Of a stretch of DNA of 64,000 nucleotides, positions 18,829 to 30,169 are shown one piece after another. The stretch comes from an uncultured delta proteobacterium (GTDB taxonomy: Bacteria > Desulfobacterota > Binatia > UBA9968), in NCBI GenBank assembly GCA_963804165.1, contig CAWDPO010000013.1, positions 1 through 64,000 on the forward strand, read 5' to 3'. A program made the position numbers and the translations under genes. The notes under the pieces were generated by a model, which worked only from the letters and a program-made list of their open reading frames with translations, ran no database searches and had not been told where the DNA came from. The first letter of the stretch is position 1. Each line of letters begins with the position of its first letter.

Positions 18829-19785
18829 ATGCGTGTTTTCAATCGAACTCTCCTGACAATTTTCTTTCTCATGTTCGTGGCTGCCTTAGCGGAAGCGAAG
18901 GCGGCGGAGTTCAAGGGCACCACACTGAGCATGCCGGCGCCGTCTTGGAGCACGAGGCTGCCCACCGCGGTGGCGGAGGAAGGCGGTTTTTTCAAAGCAG
19001 AGGGCGTAGAAGTGCGCGGCGTCGTCGCCAGCGGCGGTCCGTTGATGATCGCGCTTCTTTTGAGCGGGCACGCCGAGATGGCGATGTCGGGCGCCAACGC
19101 GGCCGTGCAAGCGATCTCCCGTGGCGCGCCAATCGCGATCGTCGGAGGAGTGCGAAACAAGATGGATTACGCGCTGATCGGAACCAAAGGGCTGAAGGGA
19201 TTGAAAGATCTCAAGGGGAAGATTTTGGGCGTCACCGGCGTGGGCAGTCTCGGCGAGTTTGTCACCTTGGAATCCTTGAAGCGAAGCGGTTTGGTTCGCG
19301 ATCGCGATTATACGGTCTTCTATATCGAAGGAGGACCGGCGGCGCGCATGGCCGCGCTCAGGACGGGAAGAGTGGCGGCCGTCCCGCTGACACCGGGACA
19401 AAGGGTGGTTATGGAGGATGAGGGTTTCCCGGTTCTACTGGAGGTGCGCAACGTTCTTCCCGATCTGCCCTCCACCATCCTGCTGGCGACGAAGAAGTTT
19501 ATCAATGCAAACCCGAACGCGCTTATCGGCATCCTGAGGGCGTTGGATAAATCCATGGAGCTTATTCGACACGACAAGGATAGGGCGGTACAGATGGGTA
19601 AGGCTCATGGCTTGCGCGGGGAACCTGCTTTGGAGAGGCGAGCCTTGAACTACTACGCGGATGATTTCGACGTTCGCCTCAAGCGCGATAGCGTCGCCGC
19701 GGTGCTGAACATTCTCGGCATCAAGAGCTCGACAGACGAGGTTTTCCTCGAAACTTTTCTCGACCGCGCGACCGGCGGGCGCTAG
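18829..19785 (+). CDS. ABC transporter substrate-binding protein (NMT1/SsuA-like)
   Basis: AGGAGG RBS, signal peptide, GFFKAEGVEV, LKDLKGK. Confidence 0.85.
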   Translation: MRVFNRTLLTIFFLMFVAALAEAKAAEFKGTTLSMPAPSWSTRLPTAVAEEGGFFKAEGVEVRGVVASGGPLMIALLLSGHAEMAMSGANAAVQAISRGAPIAIVGGVRNKMDYALIGTKGLKGLKDLKGKILGVTGVGSLGEFVTLESLKRSGLVRDRDYTVFYIEGGPAARMAALRTGRVAAVPLTPGQRVVMEDEGFPVLLEVRNVLPDLPSTILLATKKFINANPNALIGILRALDKSMELIRHDKDRAVQMGKAHGLRGEPALERRALNYYADDFDVRLKRDSVAAVLNILGIKSSTDEVFLETFLDRATGGR

Positions 19786-19870
19786 GGCACAGAGTTACTT
19801 GGTTGCACCCTTTGGCCTGTGCTAGATGAATCGAAAAGAGATTACTGCTGCAACTCAGGAGGATTGAGAG

Positions 19871-20938
19871 ATGGAATTGGCGGAGGCGAAGGCCGTGTTG
19901 GGACAGTTGAAGGATCATGGCAGAGTGCGCCGTTGGTTTGGCCTCGGCGCGCGCGCCGAAGAGCTGTTCGACACGTTCGCAAAGATCCATGAGCTGAACG
20001 ATTGGTGTGCCGAGTTTGGAAAAGTAGCGAAAAGATTCGAAGACAGCGCGGAATCTGCGGCGGACCAACAAGTCAAAGTCGCGAATTATTTATCGGCAGC
20101 CACCTATTATCACATCGGCCTGTTAGGCACTTTCGAGGACAACGATATCAGAAAACAAGCCTACCGCTCCGTCGTCAGGGTTTACGACAAGGCGCGCGAT
20201 CATTTCCGGATTCCGTCGGAAAGAGTGGAGTATCCTTTCGGCGGGCTCACATTTTCAGCTTATTTTCGGCAGGCGCCGGGCGTCGCCAAACCGCCGTGCG
20301 TGATCTTGTTGCGCGGCCTCGATGCCGCGAGGGAAATAGAGCTCCACACGATTTCAAATTTTCTTTTGGAAAAGGGTCTGTCCACATTTGCAATAGACAC
20401 CTCCGGCCAGGGGGAAGCCAGGTTTCAAGGGATGAAGCTGCTCCCCGACGTATCTGAATCGATCGGCGCCGCGGTGGACTATCTGGTGACGCGGCCTGAA
20501 ATCGATCCCAACAGATTGGCCATCGTCGGTCAGAGTTTCGCCGGATATATTGCCGTGCGCGCCGCGGCGCGAGACAAGCGCTTCAAAGCCTGTGTGTCGC
20601 TGGGGAGTTTCTATAGTCTCGAGGATTTCGAGATCATCCACATGCTCAAACATAATTGCATGTTGAACATGAAAGTGTCCGAGGCGGAGTGGCCGCAGGC
20701 GAGAAAGTCGTTTAGCCTCGAGGGCGTCATCGAGAATCTGACCTGTCCGTTTTTCGCTATTAACGGCTCGGAGGACGTGGTCATTCCGCCGTCGCAAACC
20801 GTAAAGATGTACGAGAAAGCGCCCGGTCCCAAGGACTTGAAAATCTATGACGGCGCTCCCCACTGCGTGTATTACGACAACAAGTCGGTCCTCTTCCACA
20901 TCGGCGACTGGCTGTCGGCGAAACTGAGCGGCCACTGA
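19871..20938 (+). CDS. Alpha/beta hydrolase (FrsA / 2,6-dihydroxypseudooxynicotine hydrolase-like)
   Basis: GLD..E, D..GQGE, GQSFAG nucleophile elbow, G.ED, G.PHC. Confidence 0.8.
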   Translation: MELAEAKAVLGQLKDHGRVRRWFGLGARAEELFDTFAKIHELNDWCAEFGKVAKRFEDSAESAADQQVKVANYLSAATYYHIGLLGTFEDNDIRKQAYRSVVRVYDKARDHFRIPSERVEYPFGGLTFSAYFRQAPGVAKPPCVILLRGLDAAREIELHTISNFLLEKGLSTFAIDTSGQGEARFQGMKLLPDVSESIGAAVDYLVTRPEIDPNRLAIVGQSFAGYIAVRAAARDKRFKACVSLGSFYSLEDFEIIHMLKHNCMLNMKVSEAEWPQARKSFSLEGVIENLTCPFFAINGSEDVVIPPSQTVKMYEKAPGPKDLKIYDGAPHCVYYDNKSVLFHIGDWLSAKLSGH

Positions 20939-21052
20939 AATGTTAGGCGACAGGTTTGGACATTTAGTGTCTCGCACTGATATCCGGCGCTTGTCACCAG
21001 GAAGTCACAGAGCGGCACAGCCGAACCATCCGGCCTTCGGAGTTTGCTGTTG

Positions 21053-21148
21053 TGTCATGCTGAACGAAAGTGAAGCAATTGCTTCACGCTTTTGCCGATT
21101 TCTGTCCAGGGAAGCAGATGCTTCGTCGCTACGCTTCTCAGAATGACA
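21053..21148. repeat. REP-like palindromic element (GTCATGCTGA...CTCAGAATGAC)
   Basis: Terminal inverted repeats; similar element at 33917-34020. Confidence 0.65.
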
Positions 21149-21175
21149 GACGAGAATAGGATTCGGGGCCGAGTC

Positions 21176-22162
21176 ATGAGAGACGCAATGAAAAGTTGGA
21201 AGTTTCTCGCTGGGGTTTTTTTCACGGTGGTACTGTCCGTAGGGGCTGATTCAGCCGCGGCGGCTCCTCTGCGTTTTGCTTACGCTTCCATCGCGCCGCC
21301 GCTTTCGGGAGTATGGGCGGCGCAGGAGACCGGGGCATTCAAGAAATACGGTCTGGACGTTCAGCTCATCTATATTTCATCGAGTGCGACCAACGCCCAG
21401 GCACTCATGGGCGGCAGTCTGGAAGTGGCGACCCCCGGCGGCACGAGCGCGGTTTTACTCGCCTCGCGCGGCGCGCCAATCGTCGCCATCGGCTCGGTGA
21501 TGAACCGCCCGCCGATGACGCTGTATGTGCAACCCGAGATTACTCGTGCGGAACAGCTCAGGGGGCAAGCGATCGGTATCACCCGATTCGGTTCCACCGG
21601 ACATTCCATCTCGACCCTCATGCTGCGCAGTATGGGGATGACCCAGTCGGTCACCTTGCGCCCGGTGGGCGGCAATCCGGAGCTGCAAGCAGCGTTCGGA
21701 CAAAAAATCATCGCCGGGTTTGTCACCACGGTTAAACCGAAAGCCGCTGCGCGGCCGCTTGCGAGCGCCGCCGATCTCGACGTCCCGTACGCAATGAACC
21801 TGATCACCGTGACTCAAGACTTTCTCAAAGCAAACCGCGATACGGCGGAGCGGCTGCTCAAGGCCTACATCGAAGGAGTCGGGTCGATGATTCGGGACAA
21901 AGCTCTGGCGACGAAGATCCTCAGCAAATATCTCAAGCGCGACGAACCTGCCTTCTTGGAAGAGAGCTACTCGATAGTGAGCCAATTCTTGGAGCGAATT
22001 CCCCGGGTGGACCCGCGCACGATCGCGACCGCAGTGGAAATCGAATCGATCAAGGACGCTTCCGCCGAACAGTTGGCCGACAAGCTCATCGACAACAGCA
22101 TCGTGGATCGCCTCGTCAAGGAGGGATTTACGGAGAAGGTGTTTGGCAAAGGCATCCGCTGA
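21176..22162 (+). CDS. ABC transporter substrate-binding protein (NMT1-like; paralog of 57909-58871)
   Basis: Signal peptide; ETGAFKKYGLDVQLIYI shared with the 57909 gene. Confidence 0.85.
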   Translation: MRDAMKSWKFLAGVFFTVVLSVGADSAAAAPLRFAYASIAPPLSGVWAAQETGAFKKYGLDVQLIYISSSATNAQALMGGSLEVATPGGTSAVLLASRGAPIVAIGSVMNRPPMTLYVQPEITRAEQLRGQAIGITRFGSTGHSISTLMLRSMGMTQSVTLRPVGGNPELQAAFGQKIIAGFVTTVKPKAAARPLASAADLDVPYAMNLITVTQDFLKANRDTAERLLKAYIEGVGSMIRDKALATKILSKYLKRDEPAFLEESYSIVSQFLERIPRVDPRTIATAVEIESIKDASAEQLADKLIDNSIVDRLVKEGFTEKVFGKGIR

Positions 22163-22194
22163 TCCGCGCGCCCAACGGCGGAAGAGCCAGAGCG

Positions 22195-22800
22195 CTATTT
22201 TTTTGCGAGAACCTCCTCGAGCAGGGTCAGATCCAACACTTCGCCCGCCTGCGCTCGCCGGCTTATCAACTTGTTTTGATGTTCCGTATCGAGGTGCTCC
22301 TGCACTCGTTCTCGGGGCATTCTTCCATCCATCGTCAATAAGGGGAGCAGGTCTCGAACCAGAAGCTCCTCGCTCAGTTCTCGGCTCAGTTTCCATTTGT
22401 TGGCGATGTAGTCGATCGCTTTGGCTTTGTTGTTGGCCAGGTATTCCATGGCCTCGACCAGGGATGCGATCATCTTTTTTACCTGCTCGCGATTCTTCTC
22501 GATAATCGCGGTCCGGGCGATCAAACCGGCATGCGGGACCAAGCCTATATCCTTGAGGCGAAGCCAGTTCGGTGAAACCCTTGTCGATCATGATGCGCGC
22601 CGTTGGCAGTGAAAGCATGGAGGCATCCAGAGAGCCATTCGTCAGCGCGATGACACGGTTGGTATTCGATCCCGCCTGAATATAGGTAATCTTTTCCGCA
22701 TCAACGTTGAATTTTTTAGGCTGGCACGAGCAATAGCATCGCCACGGCGATCCCGCAGAGGCGTTCAAGAAATTTCATTTGCGGCAATTGCTCAGTCATA
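22195..22800 (-). pseudogene. Truncated, frameshifted NMT1-like substrate-binding protein remnant
   Basis: Two frames carry SBP-like segments (..IQAGSNTNRVIALTNGSLDASMLSLP.. and ..IEKNREQVKKMIASLVEAMEY..); no intact N-terminus. Confidence 0.6.
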
Positions 22801-23422
22801 GGGATACTCCTCAGGTGCAACAACGATTGCCAGGTTCCGCGAGGTTGCTCGCGACAGAAATCGGCTTAATAGACGCTAGGGGATAGAACGTGTCAAGCGG
22901 TTTGACATCAGTGAGCGTTGAAATCGTTCATCGATCTAACGGGGTTCCAATAGTTCCAGACGTTTCACCACTTCGCGTGGATTCAAGCCGTTGAGAATTT
23001 GATCGCCAACGCTGCATTCCGCGTTGCTTCGTTCCGAAGTCGCTGTCCGCAAGACGTTTAATTGATGAGTATGTTCCATCCGTTCCACCGACCGATGTAG
23101 ATCGACTCCTCCGAGCATAGCAGCTGCGCGTCGATACGGTGTGAGCGCGTTTGTCCTGTCGGGTTATCTCTAACAGTGGACTAGCGAATTCTCTGACTTT
23201 CACAGCGCATGTATTTTGCTGATCCATACCGTGTAACGGTCGATGCTCACTGGAAGCTCTGAAGTTCTCCTTAGAAATTGACTATGTGACTGATTTTGTA
23301 AACAGCACCACAGGTGTAGCGAACCGCGTACAGAATCCGGGAAGCGACAATTTTCGATGGCACGTTCCTTGCGCAAAACAGCTAGCAGCAGACGTTACAT
23401 CCGCGGAAGGAGAATCCTAACA

Positions 23423-23626
23423 ATGAGACATATCTTGCCAGTGGTGTCGTTTTCCGTTTTGTGCGCCTTACTCGCTGGATGTACGGCGCAACGCGACCGC
23501 ATAATATACCAACGCCATGCGGGTTATAATTATTGCAATACGAAGGTCGAAACCGCTGGCGACCCGCTACGGCCAACCGAGCGTGAGGTTGTCGATTACT
23601 ACGGGCCCTGCGATGCGTTCGATTAA
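23423..23626 (+). CDS. Small putative lipoprotein (67 aa)
   Basis: AAGGAG RBS, hydrophobic leader, LAGC lipobox, NYC...DYYGPCD. Confidence 0.65.
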   Translation: MRHILPVVSFSVLCALLAGCTAQRDRIIYQRHAGYNYCNTKVETAGDPLRPTEREVVDYYGPCDAFD

Positions 23627-23969
23627 CGCCTTTAATCCTAGATTGAAGAGGCGATGACACCGTCGCGAAAACAGTTGCTCACCAGAAGGATCCGGCCGGA
23701 TCACCCGCAGCGATTCACTTGTTGATGGGTGGTTCTTTCCAATGTTGCGTATGGGTCTCCGTGTCGATGCTCACATTGACCGGTGTTAGTATCGAACACG
23801 CGATCCATTCTTTACCCCAATCTGCCTCAAAGAAATCGGACGGGGTCAAATCTGAAGTTGACTAGTCGCCTCCGTTTCGAAATCCGGTGGTCGGTCATGT
23901 CGAACCTTGATTCCGTATAGAGTTGCTCAACTCCAGACTTGCCCCGTCCATACTTCCATCACGGCGGCA

Positions 23970-24866
23970 TTATGTGGAGCTTGGAAGCTCTGGCGCCGGC
24001 GAAAACGGTAGCGGAAGCGGCGAGCGCACGTGTAGATCGCGCTGCGGGAAGGGAATTTCCACGCCGTGTTGACGGAACTTTCGCACGATCGCACAGTTGA
24101 TGTCCGAGTGCACCTCGGGATGGCGGCGCGGGTGAGCGAGCCAAATCCTAAGACGCATGTTCCACGCCGAGTCACCGAACGCCAGATGCAGGACATCGGG
24201 AGCCGGTTTCTGTAGCACTTCGGGGTGTTCCGCCGCGACTTCCTTCAAGCAACGAATCACGATCTCCAGGTCGGACTCGTAGGACACGCCCACGTCGACG
24301 TCCAGCCTCACTTTTTCATCGCCGTAGGACCAGTTCTCCAGCTTCGAGGAAACAAACTCTGAATTCGGCACGATCACGGCAATGTTTTTTAACGTGCGAA
24401 TCGTCGTCGAGCGCATATTTATTTCCACGACGTCTCCTTCCTGGTCTCCGACCATGACTCTGTCGCCGACCTTGATCGGCCGTTCGAGAAGCAGGATAAG
24501 GCCGGCAACGAAGTTGGACGTGATATTTTGCAATCCAAAACCGATGCCGACGGATAAAAAGCCGAGAATGATCGCCAACCCCGTGAGATCGATGCCGATG
24601 AATTGAAACGCCACCACGGCGCCGATGATCATAATCAGATAATGGGTGATGCGGGTGAGAGTGTATTGCATGCCCTCGTCGACGCTCAGGCGAGAAAAAA
24701 TTTGGGCTCTCAGCACTCGCTGCAGCAGGCGCGACGTCGCGGCGAATGCGGCAATGAAAACGACAAACATGAAAATCGAGGAAGGCGTGATCGCGGTTTT
24801 GTTGATCTCAAAGAGCTTGAAGTTCATGAAGGACTGAACAAACTCGATTACGTCTGATAGCTTCAT
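23970..24866 (-). CDS. Small-conductance mechanosensitive channel (MscS family)
   Basis: GIGFGLQNITSNFVAGLILLLERPIKVGD, VPNSEF, IPFPQRD. Confidence 0.92.
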   Translation of the reverse strand: MKLSDVIEFVQSFMNFKLFEINKTAITPSSIFMFVVFIAAFAATSRLLQRVLRAQIFSRLSVDEGMQYTLTRITHYLIMIIGAVVAFQFIGIDLTGLAIILGFLSVGIGFGLQNITSNFVAGLILLLERPIKVGDRVMVGDQEGDVVEINMRSTTIRTLKNIAVIVPNSEFVSSKLENWSYGDEKVRLDVDVGVSYESDLEIVIRCLKEVAAEHPEVLQKPAPDVLHLAFGDSAWNMRLRIWLAHPRRHPEVHSDINCAIVRKFRQHGVEIPFPQRDLHVRSPLPLPFSPAPELPSST

Positions 24867-25620
24867 AGTTTGATCCCCTTTCCCGATCGCTCAACGACCT
24901 GGGTCGATTGTACTCTCAGGCATGGTAGATTCGAAAGAACCCCGGTAATCCGGGTTTGAATCCGGTTTTCCGCCGGCGGGTGCCAACGCGGCAAGCGAAC
25001 TAACCATTTATCTTTCCGTCGTTGGTGCAGGGCAAGTATCCTTTACAACAAACGCCGAGAAAGAAGCAAAGAACCCAGGCTTGGGGTTCCAATCGTTCAA
25101 CCGCTGCGCTCTGTTCAAATCGTTTGGGAGTCTTAGGAATCGGACTTTTATATAGCTGCATCAAATCACCGCACTTTATGCGAGGAATTCGATGAGTTCG
25201 CTGATCTGCCTGTCGACGGCCGCTCGGCCCGCGTGAGTGGAAGCAATAGCCGCGATACAAGCCGGCAAACGGCAATCACGCGCCCATGCCTGCGGCATCT
25301 AGCAGCTCGATAGACAAAAATAATTCTGAAGAGAAGTCTCGGTTGGCTTGACGCCGTCGGAACTCTTGCTTGGAAGGATCGAATGAAACGATCAAGCCGC
25401 GCTAAGCGCGCGCAGTGGCGATACTCGACTCGTGGCTTCGGTGACTCAGCGCTAATTAGCCCATTGGCTTGAATGGCTCTGGCCAACAACGTCAATTTCC
25501 ATACTGGCAGTCGCCTGCTCGACATCCCGCAACGCAAATCATGCACAAATCATGGGGGCAAATCGGGGCTAGCTCACTTTGCCCCTTGTGACCCTAACTC
25601 TTCTATTAGGAGTAGCTAAT

Positions 25621-27613
25621 TCAATTCTTGTAATCGTTCCGGCGATGTCCATTTGCGAGCTGCTGCGCTTCTTCGTCTGAGAGCGACTCAAGCTGGACCA
25701 ATAGATCCGTCACTTCTTTCTGAGGGACCGAGTTCGCCATGGCCTGTGCAATTTGCACCGCCAAGCCGGCAACGGTTGGATGCTCAAACAAGCTGCGCAG
25801 CGGTAGCTCCATGCCGAAGGCGTCGCACACCCGAGACATGACCTGCGTAGCGAGTAACGAATGACCTCCCAGGTCAAAAAAATTGTCATGGATGCCCACT
25901 GCATCCACCTTTAGCACCTGCATCCATATGTCTGCTATTTTTAGCTCCGCCGACGTGCGGGGAGCCACCAACGTCTCTTCCAGGTCCGGTCTACTCAGCT
26001 CAGAAGCCGGCAGCGCGCCGCGATCTACCTTGCCGTTGGGGGTAAGAGGCAATGAATCGAGAAAGACAAAAGCGGCAGGAACCATGTAGCCCGGCAACTT
26101 TTCGCCGGCGGCTTTTCGCAGAACGGTAGGCGATGGCAAAGGCTTTTCAAAAGGAACGATGTAAGCGATCAGGCGATCATCATCTGCTCCGGTGGATGCT
26201 TTGCCTATTGTGACAAGCGCTTCCTTAACGTTACCTTGCGCCAGCAACACGGCCTCGATCTCGCCGGCTTCCACACTGTATCCTCTGATCTTTAACTGAA
26301 AGTCTTTGCGGCCCAGGTGGTAAAGGCGGCCGTCGGGCCGCAACCGGCCCAAATCACCCGTGCGGTAAATTCGTTGGTCTCCGCCGTTTGGCCCAGGTAA
26401 AAATTTCTCGCAGGTGAGATCGGGCCGCCGCCAATATCCCGGAGAAATGTAGCGGCTCGTGACCATGATTTCTCCAATGGCATCAAATTTCACCTCTTCA
26501 CCTTCGTCATCAAGCAAAGCAATGTTCGTGTCTTCGGTCGCATATCCCACGGCGCCATTGGTATCCTCAAGCGGGGGTTCCACGTTGAAGTACATTCTTC
26601 GCAAGGTGCCGGTCTCGGTCGTCCCCAATCTGATAATCAGAATGGTTTTGGCAGAAAAGTGCCTTTGGTATTCTTCGAGTTCTCGCGGTGTAACAACGTC
26701 CGATCCCAATTGAATAATCCGGAGACGCGGACACGACTTCTGAGGATCGAGGCTGCCGACAAGTTGGCGAAATATGACGGGTATCGAAAAATATATCGTG
26801 ATTTCTTCCTGTGTGAGCCACAACGCTAAACCGGCCACTCCCTCTTGTTTTACATTGAATGGGTGGAGCGCCGCGCCGTTGAGCAACGTGGCAAGCGTAA
26901 TCTTCAAGCCCTGGCTCGCGCTACAGGAGTAGAGAAGCGCCACCCGGTCATCAGGACAAACATGCAGGCCGTTGCAATAGAGCAGGCTATCGTGAAGCAG
27001 ATTTCGGTGATTCTGAATGACACCTTTGGGCTGTCCGGTGGAGCCCGAATGTGTAGATAAGAAAGGCAAACTGATCAGGCAAGATTGACAATCCCGGATT
27101 ATCGATTGAAAACCCGGAGTCCAACTCGTCAATATTTACAAATCCACACCGGTCATGAGCATACTCTATGGCTAAGGAAAGATTCTTGCTGTCGGTGATG
27201 AGGAGAGCTGCCTGCGAGTCCTCTAACAGGAAAGTGCCTCTGGCCTTGGGAAATGCCGGGTCCAGCACCACACAAATCTTGCCGGTTTTCAAAACTCCCA
27301 CGATTGCGACAATTAATGGAGAGTCATGATCCATCAACAGCGCAATTGGCTCTTGCGATTCTCCGCGTTGTGCCAGGATGGCGTGGGCCAAGCGATTTGC
27401 GGCTTGGTTTAATTCCCCATACGTCAACGTTCGATTGCCCATTTTGACGGCAATGCGGTCAGGGAATCGTCCGGCAATCTTCTCAAATCGCCCCGGAATG
27501 GATGCTTCGACGTCCTCCTTTGGAAATTCAACAAACTTTCCCAAGGGATGAAAGCACTTATCCCGAATAGCTTCTTGCTCCGGCGGGAACTGCATACTCT
27601 TGGATTCACTCAC
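25621..27613 (-). CDS. Stand-alone NRPS-like adenylation + carrier (A-PCP) didomain, frameshifted near 27050
   Basis: LTYGELN..ANRLA (A1); IYT/GSTGQPKG (A3, split by frameshift); YRTGDLGR; GRKD.Q.KIRG; LPLTPNGKVDR; FFDLGGHSL. Confidence 0.85.
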
Positions 27614-28158
27614 GGCGATTTTGGTATTCGCTATGGCACGACCATTTCCCGGTTACACCTTTATACGATTGCGCGGTCCAAAGACAACGTTGGGACTAAG
27701 CGGATTCTTCTCTTGCGGAAGGGAAGTAACTTATTGGAAATTGCGGTAAAGAACATGCCTCGTGAATCCGAGCAGATGATTGGGACTCAGATTGAGATTA
27801 AAAAAAGAGACGACAATGCCTCGGACAATGCCGAGGGGCGGACATGACAATCACTAGAATTTTTCGGAATGTTTCTTGGGTCGTGTCTGAGGATTGAGTT
27901 ATTTTGTTTGCCCTGATCACACTGGCAACGGCCGAATCCAGGTGATCGTCAGAGCGGCTTGCGGTTAAACGCCTGCCATTCTAGTTTCTGCCGTGCAGCT
28001 GTTCAATTTCGGCGAGAAACTCGCGGCCATTACTCGTCGTCTTCAAGCCATCGTCGATCGTATTGTGAGACGTGTTCGTCGATATGACTTCGCAACGGCA
28101 ATTCGTGCCGTTTGCGCTCGTGCGCGTGAGCCTGACGCGCCAGACCTGCGATGCAGTG

Positions 28159-28728
28159 TCAGCACTTCCGGCAGATGAGATCGCCCTTTGGAAAGGGCAA
28201 GAGCACGCTGTCCACTCGCGGATCGCTGTGCGCGCGTTCCAGCAACTCCTTCTGATAACGTGGCGATGTTACGTTATCGACAACGATCCAACCGCCGGGC
28301 ACTAGGCGCGGGACGATGATCTCGTAGATCTTGGCGTTCAACTCCGGCGGCTCGATATCGGAGAAGCAAAACGCGAGCTTGTCAAAACGCTTGGCAAAGT
28401 CGAAAGCGTCGCCGTGAAAGACTTCAACCAAACTCGACACGCCGGCGCGGGAAATGTTTTCGCGTGCCAAGGCGACCTTCTTTTCATCGAGATCGACGGT
28501 TGTAAGCGTGACTCCTTTTGCGCGCGCAGCTAAAGAAAGCCACAGGCTTGAATAGCCGCCGCTACTGCCAAGCTCAAGAAATGCGCCCTGCGGCGCCGAT
28601 ATTGCCAGAAGCGAGAGAACGCGCGCGACATCGCTGTCGACGCTGCGCAGCGAGCGTTGATCGCGCTCCAATTGCTCTTCGAGCGCGCGCATCACCTCCT
28701 GCATTTGCGGTGAAATGTCATGAAACAT
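28159..28728 (-). CDS. O-methyltransferase (Methyltransf_3/24-like)
   Basis: LELGSSGGYS.LWL, GDA, LVPGGWIVVDN; start overlaps the radical SAM stop. Confidence 0.85.
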   Translation of the reverse strand: MFHDISPQMQEVMRALEEQLERDQRSLRSVDSDVARVLSLLAISAPQGAFLELGSSGGYSSLWLSLAARAKGVTLTTVDLDEKKVALARENISRAGVSSLVEVFHGDAFDFAKRFDKLAFCFSDIEPPELNAKIYEIIVPRLVPGGWIVVDNVTSPRYQKELLERAHSDPRVDSVLLPFPKGDLICRKC

Positions 28729-30130
28729 TTGCGGCTCCGGCAATGTTGTCGAAGGGCACGCTGCGCCGGTTGATCTGTTCTTCGATATCGTCCGGAAATA
28801 GATTTTCCTTTATCATTGCGAAGTCGCCGTACGCGCCATGCACCGGACCGAGCAGGTTGCGCTCGGCCAGGAGCCCCGGCTTGCGCGTGCCGAACTTCGG
28901 CAGCTTGTCACGATATTTTTGGTAGAGCTCATACCACGTGCGCGTCATCAAAATGTAATAGTCCAGAGGCACCGGCGGCTGCTCGGCTTCTTTGCACAGC
29001 GCCGTCGACGGTTCGCGCCGCCACTGCTGCGGCCGCGGGAAAATGCCGCGCGACATCAAGTATTCGAATCCAGAAGTCATGGACTTGACCGCTTCCTCAA
29101 CAGTCTTGAACCCATGCGGCCGCGCCATTTCGACGCCGGAGACAAAGCTCGGCTGCACCATGCCATTGCCGAACACTTCGACCGCGTCTTCCATCCAGCG
29201 TACCCAGTTGTCCCAGCCGACGCGCTCGGCCTTGCCGGGATTGATCCACGGAAAGAGCGTCTTATCCCATACCTCCATGTTGAAGTGGATGTGATCGGCG
29301 CCGGCGTCTTTATAGCGCTGCACTTCTTTGCGCGGCCGCGCATTGACCTCGAAAGTGATGCGCGGCTTGGTTGCAATGTTCTTGATGGCGCGAATGTACT
29401 CTTCGTAGAAATCCACCTCGCTCTTGCTATGCAGCGTTTTCGTGATGGTACCGCCGCTGAGCACGAAATTTTGCCCGGCGCCGATCTTTTGCGCGTCCCC
29501 GGCGACGTGCTCGCATACCTTGACCACGTCGGCCACCGACTTTACCGGCGCGTTCAAGGTGAAGTCGCGCGACAGCTTCATCTGGCGCGCGTTCTCATTG
29601 ATATCGCAGAATTTACACTCTTCCTTGGCGCCCCAGTACTGGCAGTTGCGAAAGATCGTGATGAAGGAGCCGAAGGCGACAATCTCATGATAAGGCGTGC
29701 CGTCTGGTAAGTTCTTGAAATAGTAGTCCGGCGTTTTGGGAATCCGCACATGCGCCACCACTTGCCCATCCACCGTCAAGACGAGCCGGCCATCAACGAT
29801 ATCGATCAGGTAGGGCGAATAGGGCGAAAGCGAAGTCTGAATCGCCACCGGGCGCATGTCGTACGGCCCGTTTAAGAGAACGAAGTGCTCCGGCACGCGA
29901 CGATGCTCGCCTCTTTTGAACTCCGACATCGGCACAAGGTCATAGGAGAATAATCTATACGATTTGACCAGCGCGCCTGCCGACGCGTCGAGCGCAGCAT
30001 CGCTGAACCAATGACCGAGGCTCAGCATGTGTTGCTTGAGAATCGTCTCCTTGGGAACGTCGGGGTATTTCTTGAAATATCCTTCCAACAGGTCAAAGTT
30101 GGATTCGCTCGTCGTCGCGTTGTTACCCAT
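28718..30130 (-). CDS. Radical SAM protein with CX8CX2C motif
   Basis: CQYWGAKEECKFC, downstream LSGGT and NMEVWD...PGK TIM-barrel-like motifs; AAAGGA RBS. Confidence 0.8.
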   Translation of the reverse strand: MGNNATTSESNFDLLEGYFKKYPDVPKETILKQHMLSLGHWFSDAALDASAGALVKSYRLFSYDLVPMSEFKRGEHRRVPEHFVLLNGPYDMRPVAIQTSLSPYSPYLIDIVDGRLVLTVDGQVVAHVRIPKTPDYYFKNLPDGTPYHEIVAFGSFITIFRNCQYWGAKEECKFCDINENARQMKLSRDFTLNAPVKSVADVVKVCEHVAGDAQKIGAGQNFVLSGGTITKTLHSKSEVDFYEEYIRAIKNIATKPRITFEVNARPRKEVQRYKDAGADHIHFNMEVWDKTLFPWINPGKAERVGWDNWVRWMEDAVEVFGNGMVQPSFVSGVEMARPHGFKTVEEAVKSMTSGFEYLMSRGIFPRPQQWRREPSTALCKEAEQPPVPLDYYILMTRTWYELYQKYRDKLPKFGTRKPGLLAERNLLGPVHGAYGDFAMIKENLFPDDIEEQINRRSVPFDNIAGAANVS

Positions 30131-30169
30131 AGAACCGATCCTTTCGTGGCAACGTTTCAGTGCGCCTGG

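Noticed and set aside
25166-25546. 126-aa ORF downstream of A-PCP, and the 99-aa ORF 60371-60670
   Set aside because: No RBS, motif or convincing composition; probably non-coding
27614-28158. RiPP precursor peptide for the radical SAM enzyme
   Set aside because: No convincing small ORF with an RBS on the operon strand; the enzyme shows no evident SPASM or RRE features
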